Shown: positions 12,826 to 26,420 of the stretch, one piece after another
Layout: the number at the start of each line of letters is the position of its first letter
Numbering within the stretch: position 1 is the first letter of the stretch
From: Octopus vulgaris
Lineage: Eukaryota
Direction of reading: 5' to 3'
DNA length: 64,000 nucleotides
Assembly: GCA_951406725.2 (NCBI GenBank)
Contig: OX597819.1
Span: forward strand, 31,496,001-31,560,000
Made by a program: the position numbers and the translations under genes
Notes under the pieces: model-generated
What the model was told of the DNA's origin: nothing
The model's database searches: none
Seen by the model: the letters and a program-made list of their open reading frames with translations, nothing else

Positions 12826-13451
12826 GTGGTTTGATCAATAAGTGTCCGGACTGTTGCTATAGTAACGAAGCTAAAGCACTCAGAGTAAAGCCGCTTGGCA
12901 CAGATGGACATCAAACTCTGTTTTAACGTTCTAGCTCACTACCGCTGTTTACAGCAATGCTTGGAAGGAAGGTGTGTAACGTGTGATCGTCGCATTGACC
13001 ATGACAGAAAAAGTTGAGCTGAGAATCTGCATCAGATTTTGTCAAATGCTTGGTGATGCCTGCTCAGAAACCTACGCAAAGTTTTCAAAACGTTCTCATC
13101 GTTCTCGATCCAGTCAAGGAGATCTTGTGCAACTGAAACGCGAGTGTCTTTTAGGTCAGCTGAAAGCAGTTTTGGCACAAACTTGGCAGACATACGTCTC
13201 ATACCCAAATCTTCAACGATGATGGACTGAACTGAACTGTAACTAATCTGCACATCCTCTGATAACTCACGGATGGTGATTCGACGATTTCCCCTCACAG
13301 CTGCACTCACACCTGCGATGTTTTTCTCAGTTCTGCTGGTTGCAGGTCTCCCAGAACGTTCGTTAATATCGACATTTTTCGGCCATCTTGGAAACGTTTG
13401 AACCATCGTACACTTGCATGCAGCTCATACACTCCTCTCCATACACTTTCT
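12826..13451. mobile_element. Mariner transposase remnant with internal inversion
   Basis: Plus strand: TIR-like GGTTTGATCAATAAGTGTCCGGACT and MTEKVELRICIRFCQMLGDACSETYAK. Minus strand 13082-13451: KVYGEECMS..WFKRFQDG..RSGRPATS..RRITIRELS..LGMRRMSAKFVPKLL. Confidence 0.85.
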
Positions 13452-13656
13452 ACCGTCGGCCTCTGAGTAGGTATCACCATGACAATACTGATGTACCCAA
13501 TTTGCTTAGCCGTATACTTGCCTCTATACCCACTCAACATGATCCCTCTTATAGCCTTTCTTTACCTAACAGTGTGATCCCCTGTAAAGACATTTGAGTC
13601 TAAGTTCCTGCATCAAACTGCATGTTGTTTATTTCAAACAACTTGTATATCGAATG

Positions 13657-13710
<54 letters not shown>

Positions 13711-13714
<4 letters not shown>

Positions 13715-13773
13715 TGCCCTAGCATGGCCACAGCTCATTAGCTGAAACTGGAAAAATCAAAATCAAAAATCAA
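13711..13773 (+). mobile_element. Short retroposed 3'-end stub related to the SINE-A tail
   Basis: GCGGTGCCCTAGCATGGCCACAGCTCATTAGCTGAAAC followed by (AAAATC)n, embedded in (TA)n. Confidence 0.75.
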
Positions 13774-14146
13774 TATATATATATATATATATCTTATTAT
13801 AAAAGGCAGATTTTATCTGCCTCCCTTTGGGAGTTATAGAAATCTACAATATAGGATTTCTTCAATTACAATTTACCTGGCATTTTTGAGAGTACAATGC
13901 ATCGCGTCATGCCAGGTCCAGTTTTTAAAATTTAAACTCCAATTAAGCAAAATTTACAGAAAACTCACATTCTGGTGTGTGTGTCAAATGCTTTTCTTAG
14001 TCTGGTTTACACCACACGCAAACGCACACACACACAAAGGGAGCGAATTGTTTCACTGACGCTATCACCCTTCTCCTCCTTTGTCTTTGCAAGTTGGCAG
14101 CTATTAAAGTGAAAACAGTGAATCCGACAGCGATAAAGAAAACGAA

Positions 14147-14417
14147 TTGGTACCTGAATGGAGTGAAAATTTAAAAACTGTTTCTTTCGGTGAGTTTTCT
14201 GAAGAAACTGGACCTAGCCACAGACTTTCCCAGAAGAGTAAAGCCTTAGACTATTTCTATTTACTTTTTCGAATGAGCCTATTTGAAATCATTACGCTAA
14301 ACGTAAACAAACCGAAAGAAAGGATAGTTTGTTATTTCCCACAATCTTAAATGAAATTAAGGCCTATTTTGCCATAAATATTATTATGGGTATCAGAAAG
14401 TTACCCAGAATAACAAA
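14147..14417 (+). pseudogene. piggyBac-like transposase N-terminal fragment inside the Helitron
   Basis: FSEETGP..ALDYFYLLF..LFEII and, in another frame, NEIKAYFAINIIMGIRKLPRI; resembles the EIKAF.G..I.MG..KLP motif of piggyBac/PGBD transposases. Confidence 0.7.
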
Positions 14418-15229
14418 TTCTATCGTAAAATTTTGTTGTATACCCAATTGAATATTAGCTAATAACCCATTTTCTATAGCGATGTTTGAACAAAATTTTA
14501 ATAATTTTACAGAAAGTTACCCAGAATAACAAATTCTATCGTAAAATTTTGTTGTATACCCAATTGAATATTAGCTAATAACCCATTTTCTATAGCGATG
14601 TTTGAACAAAATTTTAATAATTTTACAGAAAGTTACCCAGAATAACAAATTCTATCGTAAAATTTTGTTGTATACCCAATTGAATATTAGCTAATAACCC
14701 ATTTTCTATAGCGATGTTTGAACAAAATTTTAATAATTTTACAGAAAGTTACCCAGAATAACAAATTCTATCGTAAAATTTTGTTGTATACCCAATTGAA
14801 TATTAGCTAATAACCCATTTTCTATAGCGATGTTTGAACAAAATTTTAATAATTTTACAGAAAGTTACCCAGAATAACAAATTCTATCGTAAAATTTTGT
14901 TGTATACCCAATTGAATATTAGCTAATAACCCATTTTCTATAGCGATGTTTGAACAAAATTTTAATAATTTTACAGAAAGTTACCCAGAATAACAAATTC
15001 TATCGTAAAATTTTGTTGTATACCCAATTGAATATTAGCTAATAACCCATTTTCTATAGCGATGTTTGAACAAAATTTTAATAATTTTACAGAAAGTTAC
15101 CCAGAATAACAAATTCTATCGTAAAATTTTGTTGTATACCCAATTGAATATTAGCTAATAACCCATTTTCTATAGCGATGTTTGAACAAAATTTTAATAA
15201 TTTTACAGAAAGTTACCCAGAATAACAAA
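14394..15229. repeat. Tandem array, 116 bp x 7 plus 24 bp, units apparently identical
   Basis: Unit start CAGAAAGTTACCCAG recurs at 14394, 14510, 14626, 14742, 14858, 14974, 15090, 15206. Confidence 0.97.
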
Positions 15230-15523
15230 CGAGCCCTTCTGGGTATTAGCGCGCGTCTACGATGAGTCTACGATTTAAAAAACAATTACCATCATATTTT
15301 TCCATTTTAATGCATTTTTTTCGCTTTTATATAAGGGAAGTAACTCTCTAAAAATATCTACGATGTGTCAACGATTTAAAGAAAAATTTACCTTAATTTT
15401 TTTTTCAATTTTTAATGCATTTTTTTGCTACTTTTTGGCTATAACTCTCTAAAAATGCTTATATAGTTATTTCCCTTACAACCCGAGCAACGCCGGGCGA
15501 TACTGCTAGTATATATATATATG

Positions 15524-16795
<1,272 letters not shown>

Positions 16796-16927
16796 TATAT
16801 ATATATATATATAATATATATTTTACTATAAAATTGGATTCAATCATAAATCTGATTTTCCCCTGTAAATTTGGATTTATTCCCTAATATTTATTATTAT
16901 TTATATATATATATATATAATATATAT

Positions 16928-17090
16928 GCGGTTACGTTCTGAGTTCAAATTCCGCCGAGGTCGACTTTGCCTTTCATCCTTTCGGGGTCGATTAAATATG
17001 TACCAGTCAATCACTGGTGTCGATATAATCGACTGAATCCCCTTGTTTGTCCCTCTCTATGTTTAGCCCCCTGTGGACAATAAAGAAATA
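16928..17090 (+). mobile_element. 5'-truncated SINE-B, tail type 2
   Basis: GTTACGTTCTGAGTTCAAATTCCGCCGAGGTCGAC...TAGCCCCCTGTGGACAATAAAGAAATA inside (TA)n. Confidence 0.85.
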
Positions 17091-17613
17091 TATATATATA
17101 TATATATATTGAGAGAGAGAGAGGGGGGAGAGAGAAAGACAGAGAGAGAAAGACAGAGAGAGAGAGAGAGGCTAGGAGTTTTCTTCAGAGTGACTCAACC
17201 TAATAGGTATGCAATCTGAGCGCTCAAATAGGCGAGCCAACAATATTGATAAATAAATGAATGACAAAAGAAAAGTAATTATGTAATAATATTCATTGGC
17301 TTACAGCTGGAAACAGCCAGAGCGGAAAATCCGGAGGCCAATGAATGTGATTGCATGATACCCGTTCTTTTGTCATTTATTTTTTTCATTATACATGTGC
17401 ATGTGTGTGTGTGCGTGTGTGTGCGTTCGCGCGCGCGCATATGTGAGCGTGCGCTCGAAGACGCGTAGAAAATGCAATTGCTTCCCCCCGTAGAACACAA
17501 TTCGGCAAGAGTTTTCAATGTGACACTGTGTGCACATATTCACAATGCTTTCCAATCTCTCTCTCTCTCTATCTATCTATGTGTGTACGTACATATACAC
17601 ATATGTATGTATG

Positions 17614-17671
<58 letters not shown>

Positions 17672-17941
17672 ACATATGCATATATATATACATATATGTA
17701 CGTAACTACACGCATATATGAGTACAGGACAATTAACACAAAGAAAAAACCCTTCTTCAGTCGCCATGGTTTCATCTACTCTACGTTTCGAAGGTGAAGG
17801 CGAGACGTATCTTCGAATAAGAAACTTTCCTTCCTGCGAAAAGCAAATCAATTAAAATTTGAGATCTATCTATATATATATATATATATACTGAATTCAA
17901 CACGTTTTTTTCATTTACTCTCTATTTATTTCCTCTTATTC

Positions 17942-17977
17942 CTTTCTGTCGAAGAGCGTAGGCTCGAAATGTGAAAG
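17942..17977 (+). ncRNA. Degenerate minimal hammerhead-like motif
   Basis: CTTT-CTGTCGA-A-GAGC/GTAG/GCTC-GAAA-TGTG-AAAG; the core deviates from CTGANGA and from GAAACGTH. Confidence 0.35.
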
Positions 17978-18067
17978 ACTTTTCCATAATTCCCGAACGT
18001 CAAACTAATATACTTGTTTGTTTTTCCTACATCTGTCTTCGTCTACACACACACACACACACATACA

Positions 18068-18700
18068 CACCTCTCCTTCAACAACGCTCCACATGTAATA
18101 GTCCGATGGATTGAGATCTGGGGATTTAGGAGGCCAAATGTTAGGGGTTATGTGATCATGAAAATGTTCAGTCATCCACTCTTGTGTTAATAGAGCCATG
18201 TGTGATACTGCAGAGTCTTACTGAAACACATATGGCCTTCCATTGCATACACTGTCTATCCAGGGCTTAAAAATTATTTTCAGGACCTCAATGTAAGCGG
18301 CAGAGTTAACTCTAAGGCCTTCTGGAAAGAAGTAAAGAAGCATCACACATCATTCATTGCTGATAGCCCTATGATAAGACTTAAAGCTGATGTCTTCGTG
18401 GACAACATTCTAACTGTTCCTTCTGACACATACATGGAGATCTTTTGCAATTGATCTCATGGATTTCTGGGATTGTAATCAATGGTCTGTTGAACTTGCT
18501 GAAAAAATTCAAGTGTTCTGATGATTTCAGAACGTATAGAATGCTTTTCATGCTTTGATACTGGTGATACGTTTCCATCTTCAGTCTCTAGCTCCTTACA
18601 AACTTTGTAGACGAAATATCTGGCAACCTTTTAAAATTGAGATATGTCTAAATCGCTATGCTCAACCTTTATAACCACAATAACAGCATGCCTCTTCATT
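18068..18700 (-). mobile_element. Tc1/mariner-superfamily transposase remnant (DD37D-like)
   Basis: TQEWMTEHFHDHITPNIWPPKSPDLNPSDYYMWSVVE, i.e. the WPP.SPDLNP.DY motif. Upstream boundary approximate. Confidence 0.75.
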
Positions 18701-18976
18701 TCTTGGGTAAGCTGGGGATCTGCCATTATTATTTTCTGAAACAAAGATTATACAGAGTTAGCAAAAACTGTAAGCGATGACACAAAACAGGTATGCCCTC
18801 AAATACCTTACGTACCCTGTTTATATACATATATATGTGTATGTGTGTATGTGTGTATGTGTGCGCGCGCGCTCGTGCATGTGTGTACATACATACAAAC
18901 ATACAATGACAGCTACTCAGTTTCAGCCAATCAGCCTGCAATATATTTAAATGTATATTTTTCCCCTAAAAAAGAA

Positions 18977-18977
18977 A

Positions 18978-19054
<77 letters not shown>

Positions 19055-19055
19055 A

Positions 19056-19087
<32 letters not shown>

Positions 19088-19103
19088 AACCACCACCACC
19101 ACC

Positions 19104-19138
<35 letters not shown>

Positions 19139-19300
19139 AGCCACTTACAACAACAACAACAACAACAACTACTACTACTACTACTACAGCCACTACAACA
19201 ACAACAACAACTACTACTACTACTACTAATACTACAACTACTACTACCACCACCACCACCACCCCTACTACTACTACTACTACTACTACTACTGCCAGCA
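18977..19300. repeat. (CTA)n/(CCA)n/(CAA)n compound repeat
   Basis: Directly visible. Confidence 0.95.
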
Positions 19301-19731
19301 CTACCGTATCTCTCAATATGTTCGTCAAATTATCGGTTTGGTTAGCCAATCATTATGTCGATTCGCTCTTTCTGCTCTCCCTCCCTCCCTCTCCACACTA
19401 TAATTATAAAATGATATTTTTATTACCATTATTATATATGTATTATATAATAATAAATATATTATAATTACTATTATATATATATATATATACACATAAT
19501 AGCAATTATAATATATATATAGCAATTATAATATATATATATATACATATATATGCACATGCACACAGACGCATTGACATGTAGAAGACAGACAGAAAAC
19601 ACGCACACACACACATTCACACACTTACTCACACGCACGCACGTACGCTCGCACGCATGCATACAGACACACACACGCATACACACACATCATGCACGCA
19701 TACACACACACAATCACAGCCACCCACCCAT

Positions 19732-19763
<32 letters not shown>

Positions 19764-19898
19764 AGGCACACACTATTTGTTTAATCGTTGTGTTAACTCG
19801 TTATCCACTCGTCTCTCTCCGTCCATCTATTTATATATCCATCCCGTCTCGCCCTTCTTCATATATTTAAATGTATATTTTTCCCCTAAAAAAAGAAA

Positions 19899-19966
<68 letters not shown>

Positions 19967-19991
19967 AACTACAACAACAACAACAACAACA

Positions 19992-20026
<35 letters not shown>

Positions 20027-20090
20027 AACTACAACTACTACTACAGCTACTACTACAACTACTACTACAACAAGAACAACAACAACAACA

Positions 20091-20131
<41 letters not shown>

Positions 20132-20152
20132 AACAACAACAACAACAACAAC
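19899..20152. repeat. (CTA)n/(CAA)n compound repeat
   Basis: Directly visible; same ~40-bp left flank as the previous repeat. Confidence 0.95.
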
Positions 20153-20748
20153 ATATAGCCCACAGTCTATCTATCTCCTCCGTCTATTTCACAACCCAAC
20201 CAACCTGTCTGTTGGTCTATCTGTTGATCAGCCACTGTTTTTGTCGAGTTTTCTTGCAATTGCCCCCTGTCTCCTTTGTTCAATTCATATTTCACAGTTC
20301 CTTTTCGGTTTTCTTTATCATTCTTACCGTGAAGCCTCCTTTGTGTTTTATTCTATTTTGTGTCCTATCGGTCAAATACGGCTCACCTGCTCGGATCACG
20401 TGCTCACTTCGTTGTTAGGCAATTCGGCTTCATTTTTTAAAAGAGGAACGGTACAATTGATACCCGTACTCTATGGAAGACCAAAACGATCTTAATCGTC
20501 TTTTTTTTTTTTTCCCTTTTTACTTCTCAAATGAACAATTTAAGATTCCCAAGGAAAATTAATTTCTGTCGATTAGACGCAAGTACGTTTCTTTACGTCT
20601 ATATACTTAAGAGGATCGCTTCTGCTTCCATGGGGTTCCGGGTTCGATCAGAAAGCGCGGCATTTTGTACAAATATTATTTAAGCAAGCCTTGTTTCAGT
20701 CAATATTTTGTGATTGAAATTTGGCCGGCGGAAACTGAGCGAAAGCCA

Positions 20749-20867
<119 letters not shown>

Positions 20868-20909
20868 AGAGTACATTCGAAAAGAAGGACATTATAATAC
20901 TGTTAACTG

Positions 20910-21127
20910 AAGGCGGCGAGCTGGCAGAATCGTTAGCACGCTGGGCAAAATGCTTAGCAGCATTTCGTCCGTCCTTACGTTCTGGGTTCAAATTCCGTCG
21001 AGGTCGACTTCACCTTTCATCCTTACGGGGTCGTTAAATAAGTATCAGTTGAACACTGGGGTTGATGTTACCGATTTAACCCATGCCCCAGACTTCCTGG
21101 CCTTGAGCTAAACTTTGAAATCAATAT
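20910..21127 (+). mobile_element. SINE-B, tail type 3
   Basis: AGGCGGCGAGCTGGCAGAATCGTTAGCACGC head; tail CCTGGCCTTGAGCTAAACTTTGAAATCAATA; TGTTAACTGA occurs on both sides as a possible TSD. Confidence 0.85.
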
Positions 21128-21408
21128 TTATGTTAACTGAGTGATCTCTCTTTACGGCAAAGCTCGCTCTAACCTTCCTATTCATTTCATTATCATAAAA
21201 AACCCCTAAAAAACATTTATTTTCTTTTGAGATAAGGTGAAAACGTTTTGTGCTACAGAGAAAACAGTATGATGTCGTGGGATTCATGCTTCTGCAGTGA
21301 GGAATGTCAGCGTATAATGGAATAAAATGACCTCAGCCAAATACTGAAACCATATCGAAGTCGGGAGGACTGTCACTCTAAAGTCTTCGACTTTTCATTT
21401 ATGAAATA

Positions 21409-21778
21409 CTAGCAGTATCGCCCGGCGTTGCTCAGGTTTGTAAGGGAAATAACTATAAAGCATTTTTAGAGAGTTATAGCCAAAAAATAGCCAAAAAATG
21501 GAAAAAAATGATGGTAAATTTTTTTTAGAGTAAAAAAGGTGGAGTTGCGTCCCCTAGACAGTTTGCGGTTTGTGTTTCTGATTCTCGACCCCATGTCGAA
21601 TTTATCGATGTTTTTCAGAACTGGGGGAACTTTTCAAAATTTTCGCTGCGTTAGTTTTGAATTATGACATTGGGCTATGTGTGTGTCAAGTTTCATCAGA
21701 ATCGGTTGAAAGCCGTGGTACAAGCAAACAGACACACAGAAACACGCACAGACAAACTGCCGTTTATATAGAGAGAGA
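21409..21778 (-). mobile_element. Non-autonomous Helitron-like element
   Basis: Plus strand A|CTAGCAGTATCGCCCGGCGTTGCT... to ...TATATAGAGAGAGA|T; the 3' ~100 bp are shared with 13792-15509. Confidence 0.8.
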
Positions 21779-22602
21779 TGAATTTCTTGCACATGCAACC
21801 CTGTTACCCATTTAAACCAACGACCTGTTAGAAATAATAGTCAAATGTCCCTTAGTCACAATCTATCATTTCAAAAATAGGACCCATTAGCTAAATTAGT
21901 CCAAGATACATTATGGCCATGACTAGAATACCTTTGATCATGTATCTGATCAGCTTTGATTAAAGCTAAACAAAAAGAGTTTGGTAACACGAGGGAAGTG
22001 AAACACTCGTCCTCATGAAAATACTATGTTCCCTTCTATAAATCCCCTATAAAATCTATAAAACATAGCCGGTGAGAGTAGAGTAGTTATGAATTATCAT
22101 GGAATAGAACTCACACAACAATGGGTATTAAATAAAAATTGATACCATTCCATCAACGTCATTGATGTCTTTGGGAAATGCATATACATAGCAACTTCTT
22201 GTTTCATCATTGATATAAACTAGCTCATCGTAATACACCAAGAGAAACCTTGATATCAGCGGTCCTCCAAAGTTTTCCCATTATCGTTCATTTTGGTAAA
22301 TCGATAATTCCCGCCCCATAACTGCTCAGTTGTTTAGAGTGCCCATTTTAGTGACATGGCGGTCGAGGGTTCCAATCCTGCAGGCGCCTTGCATTTTGCT
22401 TTCTTATTTTTAGGCCCAAGCATGCATGTGTGGTTAAGAAGCTCGTTTTTGCAATGGATGGTTTCGGATTCACGGATTCAGTCCCACTGCGCAACACTTT
22501 GGGCAACCGCTTCCTACTATAGCCCCGGGTCGACAAATGCCTTGCGTGTGAATTTGGTAGACGGAAATTGTGTGGAAACAAGTCAATATATATATATATA
22601 TA

Positions 22603-22670
22603 TGATTTTGATATTGATTTTGATTTTTCCAGTTTCAGCTAATGAGCTGTGGCCATGCTGGGGCACCGCC
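22603..22670 (-). mobile_element. Short retroposed 3'-end stub (same family as 13711-13773)
   Basis: Reverse complement GGCGGTGCCCCAGCATGGCCACAGCTCATTAGCTGAAACTGGAAAAATCAAAATC. Confidence 0.75.
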
Positions 22671-22722
22671 ATTTGGTTTGCTACAGGTATTTTACCTCAC
22701 GGATGCCTTTTAGCAAACATAC

Positions 22723-22794
<72 letters not shown>

Positions 22795-22914
22795 TAAAAG
22801 GTTTGGAGATGATACACAGGTATTATATATTAGAAGAAATAAGGCACTCAGAGATCTGGATGGTTTTATATTTACAAATATTTATTAATATGTCACATGT
22901 TTTCATAAACCATT

Positions 22915-23093
22915 ACATCCGATGCTGGTGTGTTTACGTCGCCGTCACTTAGCGGTTCGGCAAAAGAGACCGATAGAATAAGTACTGGGCTTACAAAGAA
23001 TAAGTCCCGGGGTCGATTTGCTCAACTAAAGGCGGTGCTCCAGCATGGCCGCAGTCAAAGGACTGAAACAAGTAAAAGAATAAAAGAATAAAA

Positions 23094-23097
<4 letters not shown>
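22915..23097 (+). mobile_element. SINE-A 3' half
   Basis: CCGATGCTGGTGTGTTTACG through the (TAAAAGAA)n tail. Confidence 0.88.
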
Positions 23098-23168
<71 letters not shown>

Positions 23169-23439
23169 CGCTTATTACACACCTACACCCGCACTTATAC
23201 AAACATATGCATATCCGTATAAATGAAGGGGACGTGTTCATGAAAGTTGCACTTATGCACCGGACTCAGTCTTACACTCATATACATACATATACACATA
23301 CACATATATACACACGCACACACATATACATATAAAATATATACATACATATACTCGCACACGTACACGTTCACACAATTAAAAAGGAAAAAAAAATATA
23401 TATGAAAGATAAAAAAATAAAAAGCAGTTAAGACATATG

Positions 23440-24978
23440 GGAAGCTTGTGTAGGAACATAGTAAACATTTGGATTCTAGCCGTGATCTTCGGGGGCCCAA
23501 AACCGTAATTTTGTCACATATGGACATGATCCAAAAAGTTCAGTTCTTGAATTTGGACCTGTAGTGGGGTCCAGTGACCTTTTCCAGATGAGCCATCTTA
23601 CTATATTACAAAAACCGCACTTGCCACCACCGTTGGTGTAAGATTTACACTTTGTTATAATCTTCCAGTAAATCCTATAGCTGACACCTTGTTTTCTTAT
23701 GAACCATATATATCTAGATAATTTGGTAGTTTTTCGTTTATTACTGTGTCTGAAGCTTAAGATGTGATTGTTGAACCTTGCTTTGAAATTTCCCTCAGTG
23801 AGACCTACATATCTCTTTGATGAAACTGTGTTATTAGCATTCGTAGAATTTACAGTGGCTTCATAAATAATGACCTCGGTCATACAGGCTCCATTTAGCG
23901 ATCACAAGTCTTTATCCCTGCAGGAACAGCCGGCTACGTGTTGTTGTTTTGCATTGTGTGTAATTATGTTTTTAAAATCTGGGGTTGAACTAAAACTAAT
24001 TTTTAAGTTATGCCTATTAAAGAATTTCCTATATTTATGATGTGTTGGAAAATGTCAATCTATAAGTAACAAGAAATATTTACCTATATTAAAAGTCACT
24101 TCGGGGGGAGTAAGGGGGTGCGAACTAGATAATTTTCCTGTGTCTATGTTTTCTTTTCTTTATTTCTGACCTAATAGTAGGTGTGTAAGCTATTTCCTCT
24201 TTGAATCCACTAGATTTAAGAGCATTGTTATATAGTGGGACAGCATTATTGAATATGTTTATATTGGAGGAGAGGCTAGAAATTCTTCTGCTAATATTCT
24301 TAACTAAATTGTTAAACACTATGGGGCGGGGTGGCAGGAACCGACATTGATATAACTAAGTCTATCGTTGGGCTTTCTTTAGGGTTTGTAAATATTCTTT
24401 TGTAAATCCAGAGATACATCAAAGTAATTGACAACCGTCAGGTTGGTTTTATTGTTATGCTAAGGTCGAATGTTTCCATAAGGTGGAAAATATTCTTCCT
24501 TAACCGATCTTGCGCTGGCCCATTGGTATTCTTAACTAAAGCTAGAGCATCATCCCTACAAATAGCGAAATATACACCAGGAAAAGCTTTTCCTAACGTG
24601 TCAAGCAGGAATAGTTCAATGAGATCGCATATGCCTGCTCCTTCATATGACCCCATGCTCACGTCGAAAGAACCCTCTGCGTCTGCTGTCTTGACCCACT
24701 CTCTGTTCTCGCTGAAGAGTAAGGTCTTTCTAGCATGGAGGATTATATCATTATCTGGTTCACTAATCTCTGTAAAATCGCTTGCGAAAGTGAGGGCTTT
24801 ATCTATCAGCTTCCTAGAAATAGATGCACAGAAAGCTACAATATCAAATTGTGTACATCTTGCTTTATTCTTATTTCTAATTGCTTTAAACCAGTGAACA
24901 ACTTCTATGCTATTGGACCATTGTACTAAATTAGTTGCCCCTCTAACTTTAGCATTGGTTTTTCTTAAACTTCCCTTA
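23440..24978 (-). mobile_element. Penelope-like element (RT + GIY-YIG), decayed
   Basis: RT motifs QFDIVAFCASI, FDVSMGSYEGAGICDLIELF, CRDDALA; endonuclease IIYEATV..YVGLTEGNFKARFNNH..CGFC. Related to, but distinct from, 10800-12805. Confidence 0.9.
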
Positions 24979-25413
24979 TAGATGCCAATTTGGGCTTTCT
25001 TAGCCATTTCTGTTTTGGTGTCTTCAAGCCATGAAGTCGTTGTTCTAAAAGAACGCTGGTCTCCTTGACAACGCTTTACGACGTTGATTTCCTTACACTC
25101 CCTTCCCCACAGCTTCACGAGGGAGGGAAGAAGGGGGAGAAGCAAACAGGTGCAGGTGTGACCATGGACGCCAACTCCGCCGCCATCGACACACGAAAAA
25201 TTATGCATTAAAATGGAATAAAAAATGATGTTAAATTATTTTTAAAATCGTAGACTCATCGTAGACGCGCGCTAATACTCAGACGGGCTCGATATGAATC
25301 ACGACTATAAGATACCCGAATTTGGTTAGACTGCACCGCAAAATGTGGGAGTAGTTAGGAATCTAAATCGAAGGGGACAGACACTCACACAACTACAGTT
25401 TTATATATATAGA
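24979..25413 (-). mobile_element. Helitron-like element, 5' part only
   Basis: Ends TTTTATATATATAGA|T (5'-TC on the minus strand); shares AAATCGTAGACTCATCGTAGACGCGCGCTAATAC..GGGCTCG with the reverse complement of 15230-15280. Confidence 0.65.
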
Positions 25414-25939
25414 TTGCTTTAAACCAGTTAACAACATCTATGCTATTGAACCATTGTACTAAATTAGTTGCCCCTCTAACTTTAGCATTGGTTTTTTCTT
25501 AAACTTTCCTTACTAATTATACCATCTTTCCATCTGTCTCATTCTTTTGTTGTCACTTTTTATTATATACATATATACATACATACATACGCGCGTGTGT
25601 GTGTGCGTCTTTGTCTTTCCATACCACTTGACAACCGGTGCTGGTTTGTTTACGTTCCCGATAAAGAAGACCGATAGAATAGTACAACACGTTAAAAAGA
25701 AATAGGTACTGTGGTCGATTTGTTCGACCAAATCTTTCAAGGACCCCAGCCTGGTTGCAGTCTAATGACAGAAGAAAGTAAAAAAAATAAAAGATAAAAG
25801 GTATTTCACCAATAAGATTTAACATCTCATATTTTTCTTGGGGGAAAATATTTCTCAGTTTTGGCTTGCATTAAATGTTGCGTTATGGCACTAATGTCTG
25901 TCCAATGACTTATTTTCATGGTTATCACATCTTTTATTT

Positions 25940-26181
25940 TTTTTACTTGTTTCGGGCATTAGACTGCGGCCATGCTGGGGCACCGCTTTGAAGACTTTTT
26001 CGTCAAATGAACCGATCCAAGTACTTATATTTTTTAAAAGTCTGGTACTTATTCCATCGGTCTCTTTAGCCGAACTGCAAAGTTACAGGGACGTAAAAGC
26101 ACCAACACGGTTGTTGGAGGACAAACACAGACACACACATAGATGCTCACACAGACGCACGCACGCACACACGCACGCACG

Positions 26182-26253
<72 letters not shown>

Positions 26254-26420
26254 ATACATGACGGGTTCCTTTCAGTTTCCGTCTACTAAACGCACTCACA
26301 AGGCTCTGGTCGGCGCGAGGCTATAATACAAAACACTTGTTCGAGGTGCTACGCTGTGGGACTGAACCCAGAAGCACGTGATAGGCAAACAAGTTTCTTA
26401 CCACACAGTCACGCCTGCAC
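25940..26420 (-). mobile_element. SINE-A (diverged, internal (CA)n)
   Basis: Aligns with SINE-A; an oppositely oriented 3' half lies at ~25595-25800. Confidence 0.82.

Larger units (their letters stand above)
13792..15509 (+). mobile_element. Non-autonomous Helitron-like element
   Basis: A|TC start, CTAG|T end, subterminal hairpin CCCG-AGCAACGC-CGGG 8 nt before CTAG; same 3' end as 21409-21778. Confidence 0.82.

Noticed and set aside
14394-15229. CRISPR-like pattern (24-bp motif x8 with 92-bp intervals)
   Set aside because: The intervals are identical to each other, there are no cas genes and the context is eukaryotic; it is a plain tandem repeat.
22050-22300. Possible decayed THAP-domain fragment on the minus strand (VYAFPKD)
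   Set aside because: Only one short motif is recognisable; too weak to call without an HMM search.
24438-25208. Intact 256-aa RT gene
   Set aside because: Chimeric frame: the first ~75 codons come from Helitron-like DNA and the RT motifs are mutated.
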